Origin: Patescibacteria group bacterium
Lineage (GTDB): Bacteria > Patescibacteriota > Minisyncoccia > Minisyncoccales > GWA2-38-27
DNA: 64,000 bases
NCBI GenBank assembly: GCA_020148045.1
Contig: JAHCRG010000016.1
Coordinates: 68-64,067, forward strand
Reading direction: 5' to 3'
Shown here: positions 26,194-35,825 of the stretch, in pieces
How the letters are laid out: each line of letters starts with the position of its first letter
Numbering within the stretch: position 1 is the first letter of the stretch
The notes under the pieces: model-generated
Databases searched by the model: none
Told to the model about the DNA's origin: nothing
Seen by the model: only the letters and a program-made list of their open reading frames with translations
Program-made: the position numbers and the translations under genes

Positions 26194-28098
26194 TTATCTT
26201 ACCTCTTTCATTTTGATTTTCAAGGAGGGGACAGGTTTTCTGCTTGGTTTTTTATTTTTTTGTGGGACGAAGGCGGGTGCCCTCTGTTTTACTAATCTCT
26301 CAAATTCTTCTTTTTCAATGGTTTCTTTGACAATTAAGGTCTGGGCAATTTTATTAAGTAATTTTTTTCTTTTAGTTAAAATTTTTGTTGCTTGTTTTTC
26401 TGCGTTTTTAACAAATTTTTCAACTTCTTTGTCAATTTGGGCAGCTACTTTTTCAGAATAATTTCTCTGTTCTGAAATTTCTTTTCCTAGAAAAACTAAT
26501 TCTTCCTTTTCTCCAAAGGAGATTGGTCCTAATTGAGACATCCCGTATTCTTTAACTAATTTTCTAGCTAAGTCAGAAGCTCTTTTTAAATCATTAGCTG
26601 CTCCAGTGGTAATTTCTCTAAATTTCAACTTTTCAGCGCAGTAACCACCAAGTAAAGTCGCTAGTTCAGCTAAAAATTCTTTTTTTGTTTTAATTTTCCT
26701 TTCCTCGGCTGGCATTTTTAAGGTGTAGCCAGCTGCCATACCTCTGGCAATAATTGAGATTTTCCTGACTGGTTCAGCTTCAGGCAGAGAGGCAGAAACT
26801 AAAGCATGGCCTGCTTCATGGAAAGCAGCAATTTCCTTTTCTTTTTTGGATAAAATATGGCTTTTTCTTTCAGGCCCTAATAAAACCTTTTCAATCGATT
26901 CTAAAAACTCTTTTTGATAAACTTGATTTTTATTTCTTCTGGCAGCTAAGATAGCTGCTTCATTAACAACATTAGCTATGTCAGCACCAGAAAATCCTGG
27001 AGTTCTTTCAGCAATTTCTCTTAAATTAACACTTGAAGCCAAGGGCTTGCCCTGACAGTGAATTTCCAAAATCTGTTTCCGGCCATTAACATCTGGCAGG
27101 TCCAAAACTACTTTTCGGTCAAACCTGCCAGGTCGCAAAAGAGCTGGATCCAAAATATCCGGGCGATTCGTCGCAGAGATAACTATGACCTGGGTTTCTC
27201 TTTCAAAACCGTCCATTTCTACTAAAATTTGATTTAAAGTTTGTTCCCTTTCATCATGTCCTCCACCAAGACCAGCTCCTCTGTGTCTGCCAATAGCATC
27301 AAGTTCATCAATAAAAATAATTGAAGGAGCTGCTTTTTTGGCGGTAGAAAAGAGATCACGTACTCTTCCTGCGCCCACTCCTACAAACATCTCTACGAAT
27401 TCTGAACCTGAAATATGAAAAAAAGGTACATTAGCCTGCCCTGCCACGGCACGGGCCAAAAGGGTTTTTCCTGTGCCGGCTGGGCCCATTAAGAGGACTC
27501 CTCTTGGAATCCTTGCCCCTATTTTTAAATATTTTTTAGGATTTTTTAGAAAATCAACAACCTCTTTCAATTCTTCTTTGGCCTCTTTTAAACCAGCCAC
27601 ATCCTTGAAAGTGATTTTTTCTTTAGGATGTCCTTCAGCGCCGAAAAGTCGAGCTCTGGCTTTGGTAAAACTAAATGCCTGGGTAGCTCCAGCTTTTGCC
27701 TGGCGGAAAATCATCCAGAAAAATAGACCAAAAAGCAAAAGAGGAAGTCCAAACATCAAGACAGGTCCTAACCAGAGCCAGGTTCCTTGCTCTTTTTTTG
27801 CCTCAATTTCTACTTTTTTTAATTTTTCTGAATCTATCCCCAGATTCATCAAAGACTCAGAAAGAGAACTTTCTGTTTCTTTTCTTGATTTTGCCGTTGT
27901 TTCATCTTGATATAAGATAGAAAGCTCTGAGCCAGAAACAGTAATTTTTTTAATTTTTTCCTGATTAATCTCCTCAACTAATTGTGTCAAAGAAATTTCT
28001 TTTTCCTTTTTAAAGGGCTGGGAAAATAAAGCAAAAACTGCTGAAATTATCAGAAAGATAAGCAGAATAAAAACAAAATTTTTAACCAGAGATTTCAT
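26194..28098 (-). CDS. ftsH: ATP-dependent zinc metalloprotease FtsH
   Basis: Two N-terminal TM helices, Walker [12 protein letters not shown] region, HEAGHA zinc site. Confidence 0.95.
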   Translation of the reverse strand: MKSLVKNFVFILLIFLIISAVFALFSQPFKKEKEISLTQLVEEINQEKIKKITVSGSELSILYQDETTAKSRKETESSLSESLMNLGIDSEKLKKVEIEAKKEQGTWLWLGPVLMFGLPLLLFGLFFWMIFRQAKAGATQAFSFTKARARLFGAEGHPKEKITFKDVAGLKEAKEELKEVVDFLKNPKKYLKIGARIPRGVLLMGPAGTGKTLLARAVAGQANVPFFHISGSEFVEMFVGVGAGRVRDLFSTAKKAAPSIIFIDELDAIGRHRGAGLGGGHDEREQTLNQILVEMDGFERETQVIVISATNRPDILDPALLRPGRFDRKVVLDLPDVNGRKQILEIHCQGKPLASSVNLREIAERTPGFSGADIANVVNEAAILAARRNKNQVYQKEFLESIEKVLLGPERKSHILSKKEKEIAAFHEAGHALVSASLPEAEPVRKISIIARGMAAGYTLKMPAEERKIKTKKEFLAELATLLGGYCAEKLKFREITTGAANDLKRASDLARKLVKEYGMSQLGPISFGEKEELVFLGKEISEQRNYSEKVAAQIDKEVEKFVKNAEKQATKILTKRKKLLNKIAQTLIVKETIEKEEFERLVKQRAPAFVPQKNKKPSRKPVPSLKIKMKEVR

Positions 28099-28274
28099 AA
28101 TTGTAAGTTAACTTGTCATATTACTTAATTTACCATATTTTTCAAGAGATTTCAACTATAAAGAAAAGCCCCTGCTATTTTAATGCCAGGGACTACCGGA
28201 CATGGAGATAAAAAATATTTTTTTGTCGGAATTCTTCTACGGGGTCAAGCCCATTACTACCAATTTCATTGGTG

Positions 28275-29369
28275 TCAGGGTAAAAGTTTCAGGGTCATTC
28301 GGTGTTCAGCCGGCTCAATTAATAAGATTTTAAAGTCGCATTTTTCTCCAATTTTCAGAGTTTCCTCCATTTTTTTCTGAGAACCAAATTCAGAAACATG
28401 GCACAATCCCTGAATTTGGGGAGAGATTTTAATAAAAGCGCCAAAGGGATTAAATTTTGTTACTTCCCCTTTTGCAATATCACCCTTTTTATATTTTTTT
28501 TCAATATTCTTCCAAGGGTCTTTTTTCAGGGCTTTTAGAGATAAGGAAACCTTACCATTTGAAATATCAATAATTTTTGCTTTAACTTTTTGGCCAACTT
28601 TAACTATTTCTGAAGGGTCTTCAATTAGTTGCCAATCTAATTCAGAGATGTGAATAAGGCCTTCTAAGTTTTCCGGAGTTTCCTCGGCGGGACCTCCTTT
28701 CGTTGCCGCTACGGAGGGCGAGAATTTTATAAATGCGCCGAAATTTACAACACCAGTAATTTCTCCTTCAACCGCATCTCCTATTTTGTAATTTTTTAAG
28801 ATTTCTTTTATTTTTTTGGTTTCTTTTGCCTTCTCAGATAAAATGAGTTTTTCTTCCTTTTGGTCAAAGTCAAATATTTTTACTTCCATCTCTTTTCCAA
28901 TAAATTTCTGAAGGGCTCTTAAAATTTTCTGAGTATCCCCTCCTTCTATTTTAGGATAATTAGCAAGAGAGAGCTGAGAGACCGGCAGAAAGGCAGGAAT
29001 TCCCGATACCTCTGTTAAGAGTCCTCCCTTGTTTGCTCCTGAAATTTTTACAACGATACTTTCATCTTCTCCCTTTTTCTCTGAGAGCTGCGCCCAGGCA
29101 AGTTCTTTCCCTGCTTTAGTTAAAGAAAGTTCAATGTAACCTTCTTCATTTTCAAGGTCAGTTATTTTTGTAAAGACACTATCCCCGATTTTTAAATCTT
29201 TCAATTTATCTTTTGCTTCGTAAAATTCTTTCCCATAAATTATTCCTGTTCCCAAAGTTCCCAAATCCAAAAACACCGAGGCCTTGCCTTTTCCTACAAT
29301 TTTTCCCTGAACAATCTCGCCAACCTTGGGTGGTTTTAATAAATCATTTTTTTCAATTATTTCTTTCAT
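28275..29369 (-). CDS. S1 RNA-binding domain repeat protein (ribosomal protein S1-like)
   Basis: Four repeats of the S1 pattern (G..V.G.V......GAF...). Confidence 0.8.
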   Translation of the reverse strand: MKEIIEKNDLLKPPKVGEIVQGKIVGKGKASVFLDLGTLGTGIIYGKEFYEAKDKLKDLKIGDSVFTKITDLENEEGYIELSLTKAGKELAWAQLSEKKGEDESIVVKISGANKGGLLTEVSGIPAFLPVSQLSLANYPKIEGGDTQKILRALQKFIGKEMEVKIFDFDQKEEKLILSEKAKETKKIKEILKNYKIGDAVEGEITGVVNFGAFIKFSPSVAATKGGPAEETPENLEGLIHISELDWQLIEDPSEIVKVGQKVKAKIIDISNGKVSLSLKALKKDPWKNIEKKYKKGDIAKGEVTKFNPFGAFIKISPQIQGLCHVSEFGSQKKMEETLKIGEKCDFKILLIEPAEHRMTLKLLP

Positions 29370-29499
29370 ATCAATATATATAACATAGAATTTGTATTAT
29401 GGCAACATTTATTTAACGTTTAAATCGACGATTTAAACACTTGAAGGATTGAAACTAAGTTTTATTTATGATAAAATAAAAAAATATAGTAATATAATT

Positions 29500-30156
29500 A
29501 TGAACATTACTTGGTACGGACAATCTTGTTTTCAAATTTCCTCAGCGCAGGGGAAAAACAATCACGTCTCAATTATAATTGACCCCTTTGGAGGGGATAT
29601 TGGCTTAAAGCTTCCCAGAAAGCTTGAAGCTGATGTTGTGTTGGTCAGCCACGACCATTTTGACCATAACAATATTAAGGCAGTTTCTGGTCAGCCCTTG
29701 GTTATAAAAGGACCTGGTGAATATGAAATAAAAGGAGTCTTTGTTCAAGGGATTTCTGGTTTTCATGATAACTCTCAAGGAGCAAAAAGAGGAAATGTAA
29801 CAATTTATACTATTGAGACAGAGGGAATGCGAATGTGCCATTTAGGGGACCTGGGTCAAAAAGAATTAAGTTCTGACCAACTTGATAAAATTGGTGAAGT
29901 TGACATACTAATGATTCCGGTTGGAGGAATTTATACAATTGACGCTGGCGAGGCAATAAAAGTAATGGCTCAGATTGAACCCAAAATTACAATACCAATG
30001 CATTATCAAATTCCCAAACTTAAAATCAAGCTTGAAGGAATAGGTAAATTTTTAAAAGCTCTGGGGATAAAATCCTTAGAGCCATTACCTAAGTTATCTA
30101 TTAGGAAAAAAGACATTTCTTCTGAGGAAGCAAAAATAATTGTGTTGAAACCGTAA
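29500..30156 (+). CDS. MBL-fold metal-dependent hydrolase (UPF0173-like)
   Basis: ITWYGQSCF, VLVSHDHFDH. Start moved to ATG 29500. Confidence 0.8.
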   Translation: MNITWYGQSCFQISSAQGKNNHVSIIIDPFGGDIGLKLPRKLEADVVLVSHDHFDHNNIKAVSGQPLVIKGPGEYEIKGVFVQGISGFHDNSQGAKRGNVTIYTIETEGMRMCHLGDLGQKELSSDQLDKIGEVDILMIPVGGIYTIDAGEAIKVMAQIEPKITIPMHYQIPKLKIKLEGIGKFLKALGIKSLEPLPKLSIRKKDISSEEAKIIVLKP

Positions 30157-30158
30157 TC

Positions 30159-30359
30159 GTGAATATCTTAAAAAAACTTCAGAAACAGCCAGAACATGTA
30201 AGAAAGATGATTCTTTGGTCAGTGGTCATTATAGTGGGTTTGGTTTTAGCAGTTTTATGGATTAATAGCTCGTATAAAGGAATTCAAAAGCTTGAATCAC
30301 AAAACATTATTCAAGAATTAAATGTTCCTAAAATAGAGATGCCTGCAATCAATGAATAA
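30159..30359 (+). CDS. small membrane protein
   Basis: One TM helix. GTG start. 8-nt overlap with gyrA. Confidence 0.4.
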   Translation: MNILKKLQKQPEHVRKMILWSVVIIVGLVLAVLWINSSYKGIQKLESQNIIQELNVPKIEMPAINE

Positions 30360-32832
30360 AGAACAGAAAACAACAAGCAAAGTGGGGAGTATAAGGGATC
30401 GGGAGATAACCGAAGAGATGAGAGAGTCCTACATTGATTACGCAATGTCAGTTATTATTTCGCGAGCCCTTCCTGATGTTCGCGATGGCTTAAAACCTGT
30501 TCATCGCCGAATTTTGTATGCCATGCACGAGATGGGACTAGGATATACTGCTAAATTTAGAAAATCGGCTGCCGTAATTGGAGAAGTTCTTGGGAAATTC
30601 CATCCTCACGGCGACCAGGCAGTTTATGATGCTGCAATGAGAATGGCTCAAGATTTTTCATTAAGATATCCTTTGATTCAAGGACAAGGGAATGTAGGCT
30701 CTATTGACGATCCGAGCGAGTTTGCAGCTATGAGATATACCGAGATGAAGCTCTCAAAAATTGGCGAAGAAATGTTAAGAGATATTGGAAAAGATACAGT
30801 TGATTTTAGACCTAACTATGATGGTACAAGAAAAGAACCAATAGTTTCACCCTCTCCTCTGCCTCAACTTCTTTTAAATGGTTCTTTGGGAATTGCCGTT
30901 GGGATGGCTACTAATATCCCTCCTCACAATCTTTCTGAAGTTTCAGACGCTTTAATTTACTTGATTGACCATCCTAAGGTAACAATCGAGGACCTTTTTA
31001 AATTCATCAGAGGTCCGGATTTCCCAACCGGAGGGGCAATTTTTGGCAAAAAAGAAATAATTTCCGCCTATTCTCAAGGGAAAGGGCCAATTGTAGTTCG
31101 TGGGAAAGCAGAGGCAGTGGAAAAAAAGGAACGGCGTCAACAAATTATTATTACTGAGATTCCTTTCCAAGTTCAAAAGTCAAGTTTAATTGAGCAGTTT
31201 GCCAAATTGGTTCAAGACAAAAGAATTCAAGGGATAAAGGATATCAGGGATGAATCAGACAGAGAAGGGATGAGAATTGTGCTTGACCTTCAAAGAGACG
31301 CTTATCCCAAGAAGGTTTTAAACCGGCTTTACAAGTTTAGTGATTTGCAAAAAACCTTTCATCTAAATATGTTAGCCCTGGTAGATGGAATTCAGCCAAG
31401 GGTATTATCGCTTGTTGACTTTTTAAATTATTTTATCGTTCACAGGAAAGAAGTGGTTGTTAGAAGGACAAAATATGATTTAGAGCGGGCCAAAGAAAGA
31501 ACCCATATTTTAGAAGGTTTAAACAAGTGCCTGACAAAGATTGATGCGGTAATAAAAACGATTAAGGCCTCAAAAAATAGAGAGGAAGCTCAGAAGAATT
31601 TAATCAAGAAATTTAAATTAACTGAAATTCAGGCTAATGCTATTTTAGAAACAAAATTAGCTGCTTTGGCAAAGTTAGAAAGAAAGAAAATTGAGGATGA
31701 ACTTAAAGAAATGCGGGCTAAAATTAAAGAGTTTACGGCAATTCTTAAAAGCCCTCAGAAAATAAAAGAAGTTGTCAAAAAAGAATTAGAAGAACTTAAA
31801 GAGAATTTTGGGGATGAAAGGAAAACAAAAGTTTTTGCTCAAAAAGTTGGAGAGATTGCAGAAGAGGATTTAATCCCCTTAGAGGAGACAATTATTACCT
31901 TAACCCGGGGGGGTTATATTAAGAGAATAAATCCTGCCACTTATAAAATTCAAAGAAGAGGAGGAAAGGGGATTTTGGGAATGAAAACCTTACAGGATGA
32001 TGTTGTTGAGCATTTTCTTTTAGCTCAGACACACGACTCATTGCTTTTCTTTATTGATTCGGGAAAAGTTTTCAGAACTTTGGTTTATGAAATTCCTGAA
32101 GGGGCACGGGTGGCTCGGGGCAGAGGCCTTTTGAATTTCATTGAGGTTTCCCCTGAAGAAAAGGTTTTATCTTTAATGACTCTCGGTAAGGAGGACATCA
32201 ATCTGGGGATAAAAAATTTAGTAATGGTAACCCAAAATGGTATAATAAAGAAAACTGCTTTGGGGGAGTTTAAAAATGTTCGGAGGTCCGGCTTGATTGC
32301 AATAAAACTTAGAAAAAGCGACCTTTTAAAAAAAGTTGCCAAGAGCACCGGCCAAAATGAGATAATTATAGTAACAAAAAAAGGCCAATCCATCCGATTT
32401 AAAGAGCAAGATATAAGAGAAATGGGGAGACCGGCTTCGGGTGTCAAGGGAATTAGGTTAAGAAAGGGAGATAAGGTGGTGGGGATGGACATGATAGAAC
32501 AAGAAACAAGAAACAAGAAACAAGAAACAAGAAAATATTTATTAGTAGTGACAGAGAATGGGTATGGGAAGAGAACAGATTTGAGAGAATACAAATTGCA
32601 AGGAAGAGGAGGAACGGGCATTAAAACAGCTAATATTACTACCAAAACCGGAGAACTGGTTGCCTCAAGGCTTTTAACAGGCGAGGAGGAAGATTTGATT
32701 GTTATTTCTCAAAAGGGTCAGGTAATTAGGGCAAAGATTTCCTCAATTCCCAAAATCAGCCGAGCAACTCAAGGAGTAAAAATAATGAGATTAGACGAAA
32801 GAGACAAAGTTGCTTCAGCCACCTGCATTTAA
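30352..32832 (+). CDS. gyrA: DNA gyrase subunit A
   Basis: [19 protein letters not shown] (catalytic Tyr), C-terminal beta-pinwheel repeats. Contains an in-frame heptamer repeat at 32497-32535. Confidence 0.95.
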   Translation: MNKEQKTTSKVGSIRDREITEEMRESYIDYAMSVIISRALPDVRDGLKPVHRRILYAMHEMGLGYTAKFRKSAAVIGEVLGKFHPHGDQAVYDAAMRMAQDFSLRYPLIQGQGNVGSIDDPSEFAAMRYTEMKLSKIGEEMLRDIGKDTVDFRPNYDGTRKEPIVSPSPLPQLLLNGSLGIAVGMATNIPPHNLSEVSDALIYLIDHPKVTIEDLFKFIRGPDFPTGGAIFGKKEIISAYSQGKGPIVVRGKAEAVEKKERRQQIIITEIPFQVQKSSLIEQFAKLVQDKRIQGIKDIRDESDREGMRIVLDLQRDAYPKKVLNRLYKFSDLQKTFHLNMLALVDGIQPRVLSLVDFLNYFIVHRKEVVVRRTKYDLERAKERTHILEGLNKCLTKIDAVIKTIKASKNREEAQKNLIKKFKLTEIQANAILETKLAALAKLERKKIEDELKEMRAKIKEFTAILKSPQKIKEVVKKELEELKENFGDERKTKVFAQKVGEIAEEDLIPLEETIITLTRGGYIKRINPATYKIQRRGGKGILGMKTLQDDVVEHFLLAQTHDSLLFFIDSGKVFRTLVYEIPEGARVARGRGLLNFIEVSPEEKVLSLMTLGKEDINLGIKNLVMVTQNGIIKKTALGEFKNVRRSGLIAIKLRKSDLLKKVAKSTGQNEIIIVTKKGQSIRFKEQDIREMGRPASGVKGIRLRKGDKVVGMDMIEQETRNKKQETRKYLLVVTENGYGKRTDLREYKLQGRGGTGIKTANITTKTGELVASRLLTGEEEDLIVISQKGQVIRAKISSIPKISRATQGVKIMRLDERDKVASATCI

Positions 32833-32834
32833 AC

Positions 32835-33362
32835 ATGAATCAGTCTTTTCTAAATCCAGAAGAAGTATTAGACCAACTTGAGCTGCGTCTGGATATGGTT
32901 GCAGCTGAGTTTGGTTGTGGTTCAGGCGGTTTTGCTATTCCTTTGGCAAAAAGATTGGAAGAGGGATTAGTTTATGGTTTAGATATTCAGCGAGCTCCCC
33001 TCTCTGCTTTAAAAAGCCGAGCCCTTTTGGAAAATATCACTAATATTAGAACTATCTGCTCTGATTTAGAAAAACCAAAAGGTTCAACATTAACTAGATC
33101 TTCAGTGGATTTGGTATTTATCCCCAACGTACTTTTTCAAATAAAAGATAAAAATGCTATAATATCAGAAGCAGAGAGAGTTTTGAAAAATAAAGGGAAA
33201 TTAGTAGTAATTGACTGGGCACCCAAGGCGCCCCAAGGACCTGAGGAGGGAAGGATTTCTCCAAAAGAAGTAAAAAAAATCACGGAGAAAATAGGATTTA
33301 AATTAGAAAAAGAATTTGAAGCAGGAAAATATCATTTTGGACTTATTTTTGAAAAACCCTAA
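32835..33362 (+). CDS. class I SAM-dependent methyltransferase
   Basis: AEFGCGSGGF motif I. Typical small methyltransferase length. Confidence 0.75.
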   Translation: MNQSFLNPEEVLDQLELRLDMVAAEFGCGSGGFAIPLAKRLEEGLVYGLDIQRAPLSALKSRALLENITNIRTICSDLEKPKGSTLTRSSVDLVFIPNVLFQIKDKNAIISEAERVLKNKGKLVVIDWAPKAPQGPEEGRISPKEVKKITEKIGFKLEKEFEAGKYHFGLIFEKP

Positions 33363-33365
33363 AAT

Positions 33366-33419
33366 CATTTTAACATTTTAACATATGCTTGCATGTTTAA
33401 ATGTTTATATGTTAGAATG
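33366..33419. repeat. octamer array: CAT every 8 nt, then ATG every 8 nt
   Basis: CAT at 33366, 33374, 33382. ATG at 33393, 33401, 33409, 33417. Upstream of the gene at 33428. Confidence 0.75.
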
Positions 33420-33427
33420 AATCATTA

Positions 33428-33781
33428 ATGAAACCCTATCTATCCAAATTAATATTTTTCTTGCTGTTAATTTCTTTTCTTATTCCCTTAACAGTTCAAG
33501 GAGTTACAATTGAGAATCCTTTAAAAGCTCAAAGTTTCTGGGATTTGATAGATAAACTTATTGATTTTATATTTTACCTTGCCATAGCCATAGCTCCGAT
33601 AATGTTTATTGTTGCTGGATTTTACTTTATAACAGCAGCCGGCGACCCAGAAAAAATCCAGACAGCTAAAAAAATGATTCTCTGGGTTCTAATTGGATTA
33701 CTTATTGTTTTTTTAGCTAAAGCATTGATTGTATTTTTTGTAGAAATGTTTGGTATACCAATACCGCCAACAACACCTTAA
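33428..33781 (+). CDS. TrbC/VirB2-like small pilin-type membrane protein
   Basis: Signal peptide plus two TM helices joined by AAGDPEK...AKK. Paralogous to the next gene. Confidence 0.45.
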   Translation: MKPYLSKLIFFLLLISFLIPLTVQGVTIENPLKAQSFWDLIDKLIDFIFYLAIAIAPIMFIVAGFYFITAAGDPEKIQTAKKMILWVLIGLLIVFLAKALIVFFVEMFGIPIPPTTP

Positions 33782-33840
33782 AATTATAACCGTTATAAAT
33801 TATAAAGGTCGACCTCAAACTTAATAACTTTGACAAAAAA

Positions 33841-34176
33841 ATGAAAAAAGTTTTAGTAAGCTTGATTTTAACAAGTCTTCTATCTATTCCAGTATTGGCA
33901 TTAGCACAGGCACAACCAGGTCCTATTACTGCGCCCGGCTGGTTAACTTACGATGTCGTAGATACGCTCGACAGTGTCACTAATTACCTTTTTGGATTTT
34001 TATTAGTTATAGCTGCTATCGCCATTATAATTGCTGCTTACTTTTTTGTTACAGCAGCCGGAGATCCCGATAAGACAAAAAGAGCAAGAGATTTTGTTAT
34101 GTATGCTGTGATTGGAGTGTTAGTAGCTTTCCTTGCCAAAGGATTAGTGATGCTTGTAAGTTATGTAGCAAGGTAA
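33841..34176 (+). CDS. TrbC/VirB2-like small pilin-type membrane protein
   Basis: Signal peptide, two TM helices, AAGDPDKTKRARD loop. Confidence 0.45.
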   Translation: MKKVLVSLILTSLLSIPVLALAQAQPGPITAPGWLTYDVVDTLDSVTNYLFGFLLVIAAIAIIIAAYFFVTAAGDPDKTKRARDFVMYAVIGVLVAFLAKGLVMLVSYVAR

Positions 34177-34219
34177 CATAATCTTTTTAGGTAGACTAAA
34201 AGAATAATATTTGTATTGT

Positions 34220-34290
34220 AACCCCGTTAGAGGTTCTTTCGTTTTGTGCTTTCATCTTAGCGTTGTAACCTCTAACGGGGTTGATTTTTT
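34220..34290 (+). terminator. long-stem terminator after the second mini-pilin gene
   Basis: Perfect 16-bp inverted repeat AACCCCGTTAGAGGTT (34220-34235) / AACCTCTAACGGGGTT (34267-34282), followed by GATTTTTT. Confidence 0.65.
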
Positions 34291-34315
34291 ATATAAAAAA
34301 GGTATAATAAAAAAA

Positions 34316-34397
34316 GCCCTCGTGGTGGAACTGGAATACACGCGTGGTTTAGGACCACGTCCTGAAAAGGTTGCGGGTTCGAATCCTGCCGAGGGCA
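34316..34397 (+). tRNA. tRNA-Leu(UAG)
   Basis: Acceptor GCCCTCG/CGAGGGC, anticodon loop TTTAGGA, long variable arm, T-loop TTCGAAT. Confidence 0.85.
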
Positions 34398-34398
34398 C

Positions 34399-34426
34399 AA
34401 AAAACCGCCCGATAAGGCGGCTTTTG
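34399..34426 (+). terminator. terminator after tRNA-Leu(UAG)
   Basis: CCGCC...GGCGG stem followed by CTTTTG. Confidence 0.6.
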
Positions 34427-34461
34427 TTTACTGTTTACTGTTTACTGTTTACTGTTTGCTG
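34427..34461. repeat. tandem heptamer repeat (TTTACTG x4 plus one variant)
   Basis: Read directly, in the convergent spacer between the tRNA-Leu terminator and the hsp20 stop. Confidence 0.85.
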
Positions 34462-34464
34462 TTA

Positions 34465-35061
34465 CTATTCTCTCACAGCTATCTTTCTTTTCTTTTCTCT
34501 TTCAATTTTTGGTATTCTAATAGTTAAAATTCCATTTTCTATTGTGGCTTCAGCTCTTGAGCTGTCAACTTCTGCAGGTAGAATAATCTCTCTGGAAAAC
34601 CTGCCCCAATAACATTCTTGATAAAAATAATTTTTTTTCTCTTCTGTAAATTTCCTTTCTCTATTTCCCCTTATGATGACTAAATCATTTTCAATAGTGA
34701 TATCTAAATCTTCTGGCTCTATTCCAGCAATAGCTGACTGAATAATAATTTCTTTATCTGTTTGATAAACATCAATCGTTAATTGCCCCTCTGGTTCAAA
34801 CCATTTTTTTTCCTTTCCTGTTTCAATCTTTTTCTTTTCAGTTTTTTCCTTTTTTATTTCAATCTTTTTGGCTTTCTTTACCCCGTTAGAGATTTTCTTT
34901 CTTGGTGTTTCTTCTTTACCTTTGTAATCTCTAGCGGGATTTACTGGCTTTTTTCTTTTCTCTGGTTTAGTTTTAGCAGCAGCCAAAACAACGGAAGATT
35001 CTTCTTCTGGTAATTCTTCAACATCCATTCCTTTTTTAAGTTTCTCAAAAAAATCTGTCAT
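34465..35061 (-). CDS. Hsp20/alpha-crystallin small heat-shock protein with K/E-rich N-terminal extension
   Basis: C-terminal alpha-crystallin domain (LTIDVYQTD..., F.R...LP..VD....A....GIL.I..PK). Confidence 0.85.
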   Translation of the reverse strand: MTDFFEKLKKGMDVEELPEEESSVVLAAAKTKPEKRKKPVNPARDYKGKEETPRKKISNGVKKAKKIEIKKEKTEKKKIETGKEKKWFEPEGQLTIDVYQTDKEIIIQSAIAGIEPEDLDITIENDLVIIRGNRERKFTEEKKNYFYQECYWGRFSREIILPAEVDSSRAEATIENGILTIRIPKIEREKKRKIAVRE

Positions 35062-35825
35062 TTTATCTTGCAGACACTTGCCATTTTCTTAAGTTTCCTA
35101 AAGCCGAAGGAAACAAAAAAGGCAAGACCGCTTAAAATAATAACTAAAGAGATAACTGAGGAAGTTAATAAGAGAGAATTTTGACTCGTTAGTCCTTCCT
35201 CAATTCCTATTATAGAAATATTGAAGAGACCATGCAAGAGAGTAGCAATTACTACTCCTTTGATAATTAATTTCAGCCGTTTTTTAGATTCAAAAAAAGA
35301 TAGAGCCAAAAAATAGCCCAGAGTTCCGGAACATAAAGCATGCAAAAAAGTAGCTCCGATAAAACGGAAAGAAGTAATAGCTATGGCTTCACCAAAAAGA
35401 AGAGGCCCTTTTCCGGAAAATAAAACCAGGATATTCTCCAAAGCAGCAAAACCTAAAGCTATAATAATCATATAAAGTATAGTATCTACAGGTTCATCAA
35501 ATTCTGGATTATTTATTACTTTTTCTCTAACAATTAGATATTTAGAGCACTCTTCCACCAAAGCTATTATAAGGAAGTGGTATAAAGCAAAAAATAAAAA
35601 AGGGAAAGTTTTAAACCAGTTTTCGCCAACTATAACTAAAGCTCCGGAAATTCCTATTTCTATCAGGGCAGCTATTATAGCTGCTAGCATTCCATAAAAG
35701 AAAATTTTTAAAATCATTCTGTTTGATTCAGGATGAGCATCTTTTCGCAAGTAAAAGAGAAGCCAGATAACACTGGGAGCTAAACCAAGAAAGATGTAGA
35801 GGAGATAAATCATGATTTTGGCCAT
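35058..35825 (-). CDS. PrsW-family intramembrane protease
   Basis: Polytopic protein with VEECSKYL and HALCSG / HGLFN motifs. Confidence 0.65.
   Translation of the reverse strand: MAKIMIYLLYIFLGLAPSVIWLLFYLRKDAHPESNRMILKIFFYGMLAAIIAALIEIGISGALVIVGENWFKTFPFLFFALYHFLIIALVEECSKYLIVREKVINNPEFDEPVDTILYMIIIALGFAALENILVLFSGKGPLLFGEAIAITSFRFIGATFLHALCSGTLGYFLALSFFESKKRLKLIIKGVVIATLLHGLFNISIIGIEEGLTSQNSLLLTSSVISLVIILSGLAFFVSFGFRKLKKMASVCKIK

Noticed and set aside
34211-34612. Track ORF of 133 aa
   Set aside because: It reads through a terminator palindrome, tRNA-Leu(UAG), a second terminator and a heptamer repeat, and is antisense to the hsp20 3' end. Judged spurious.
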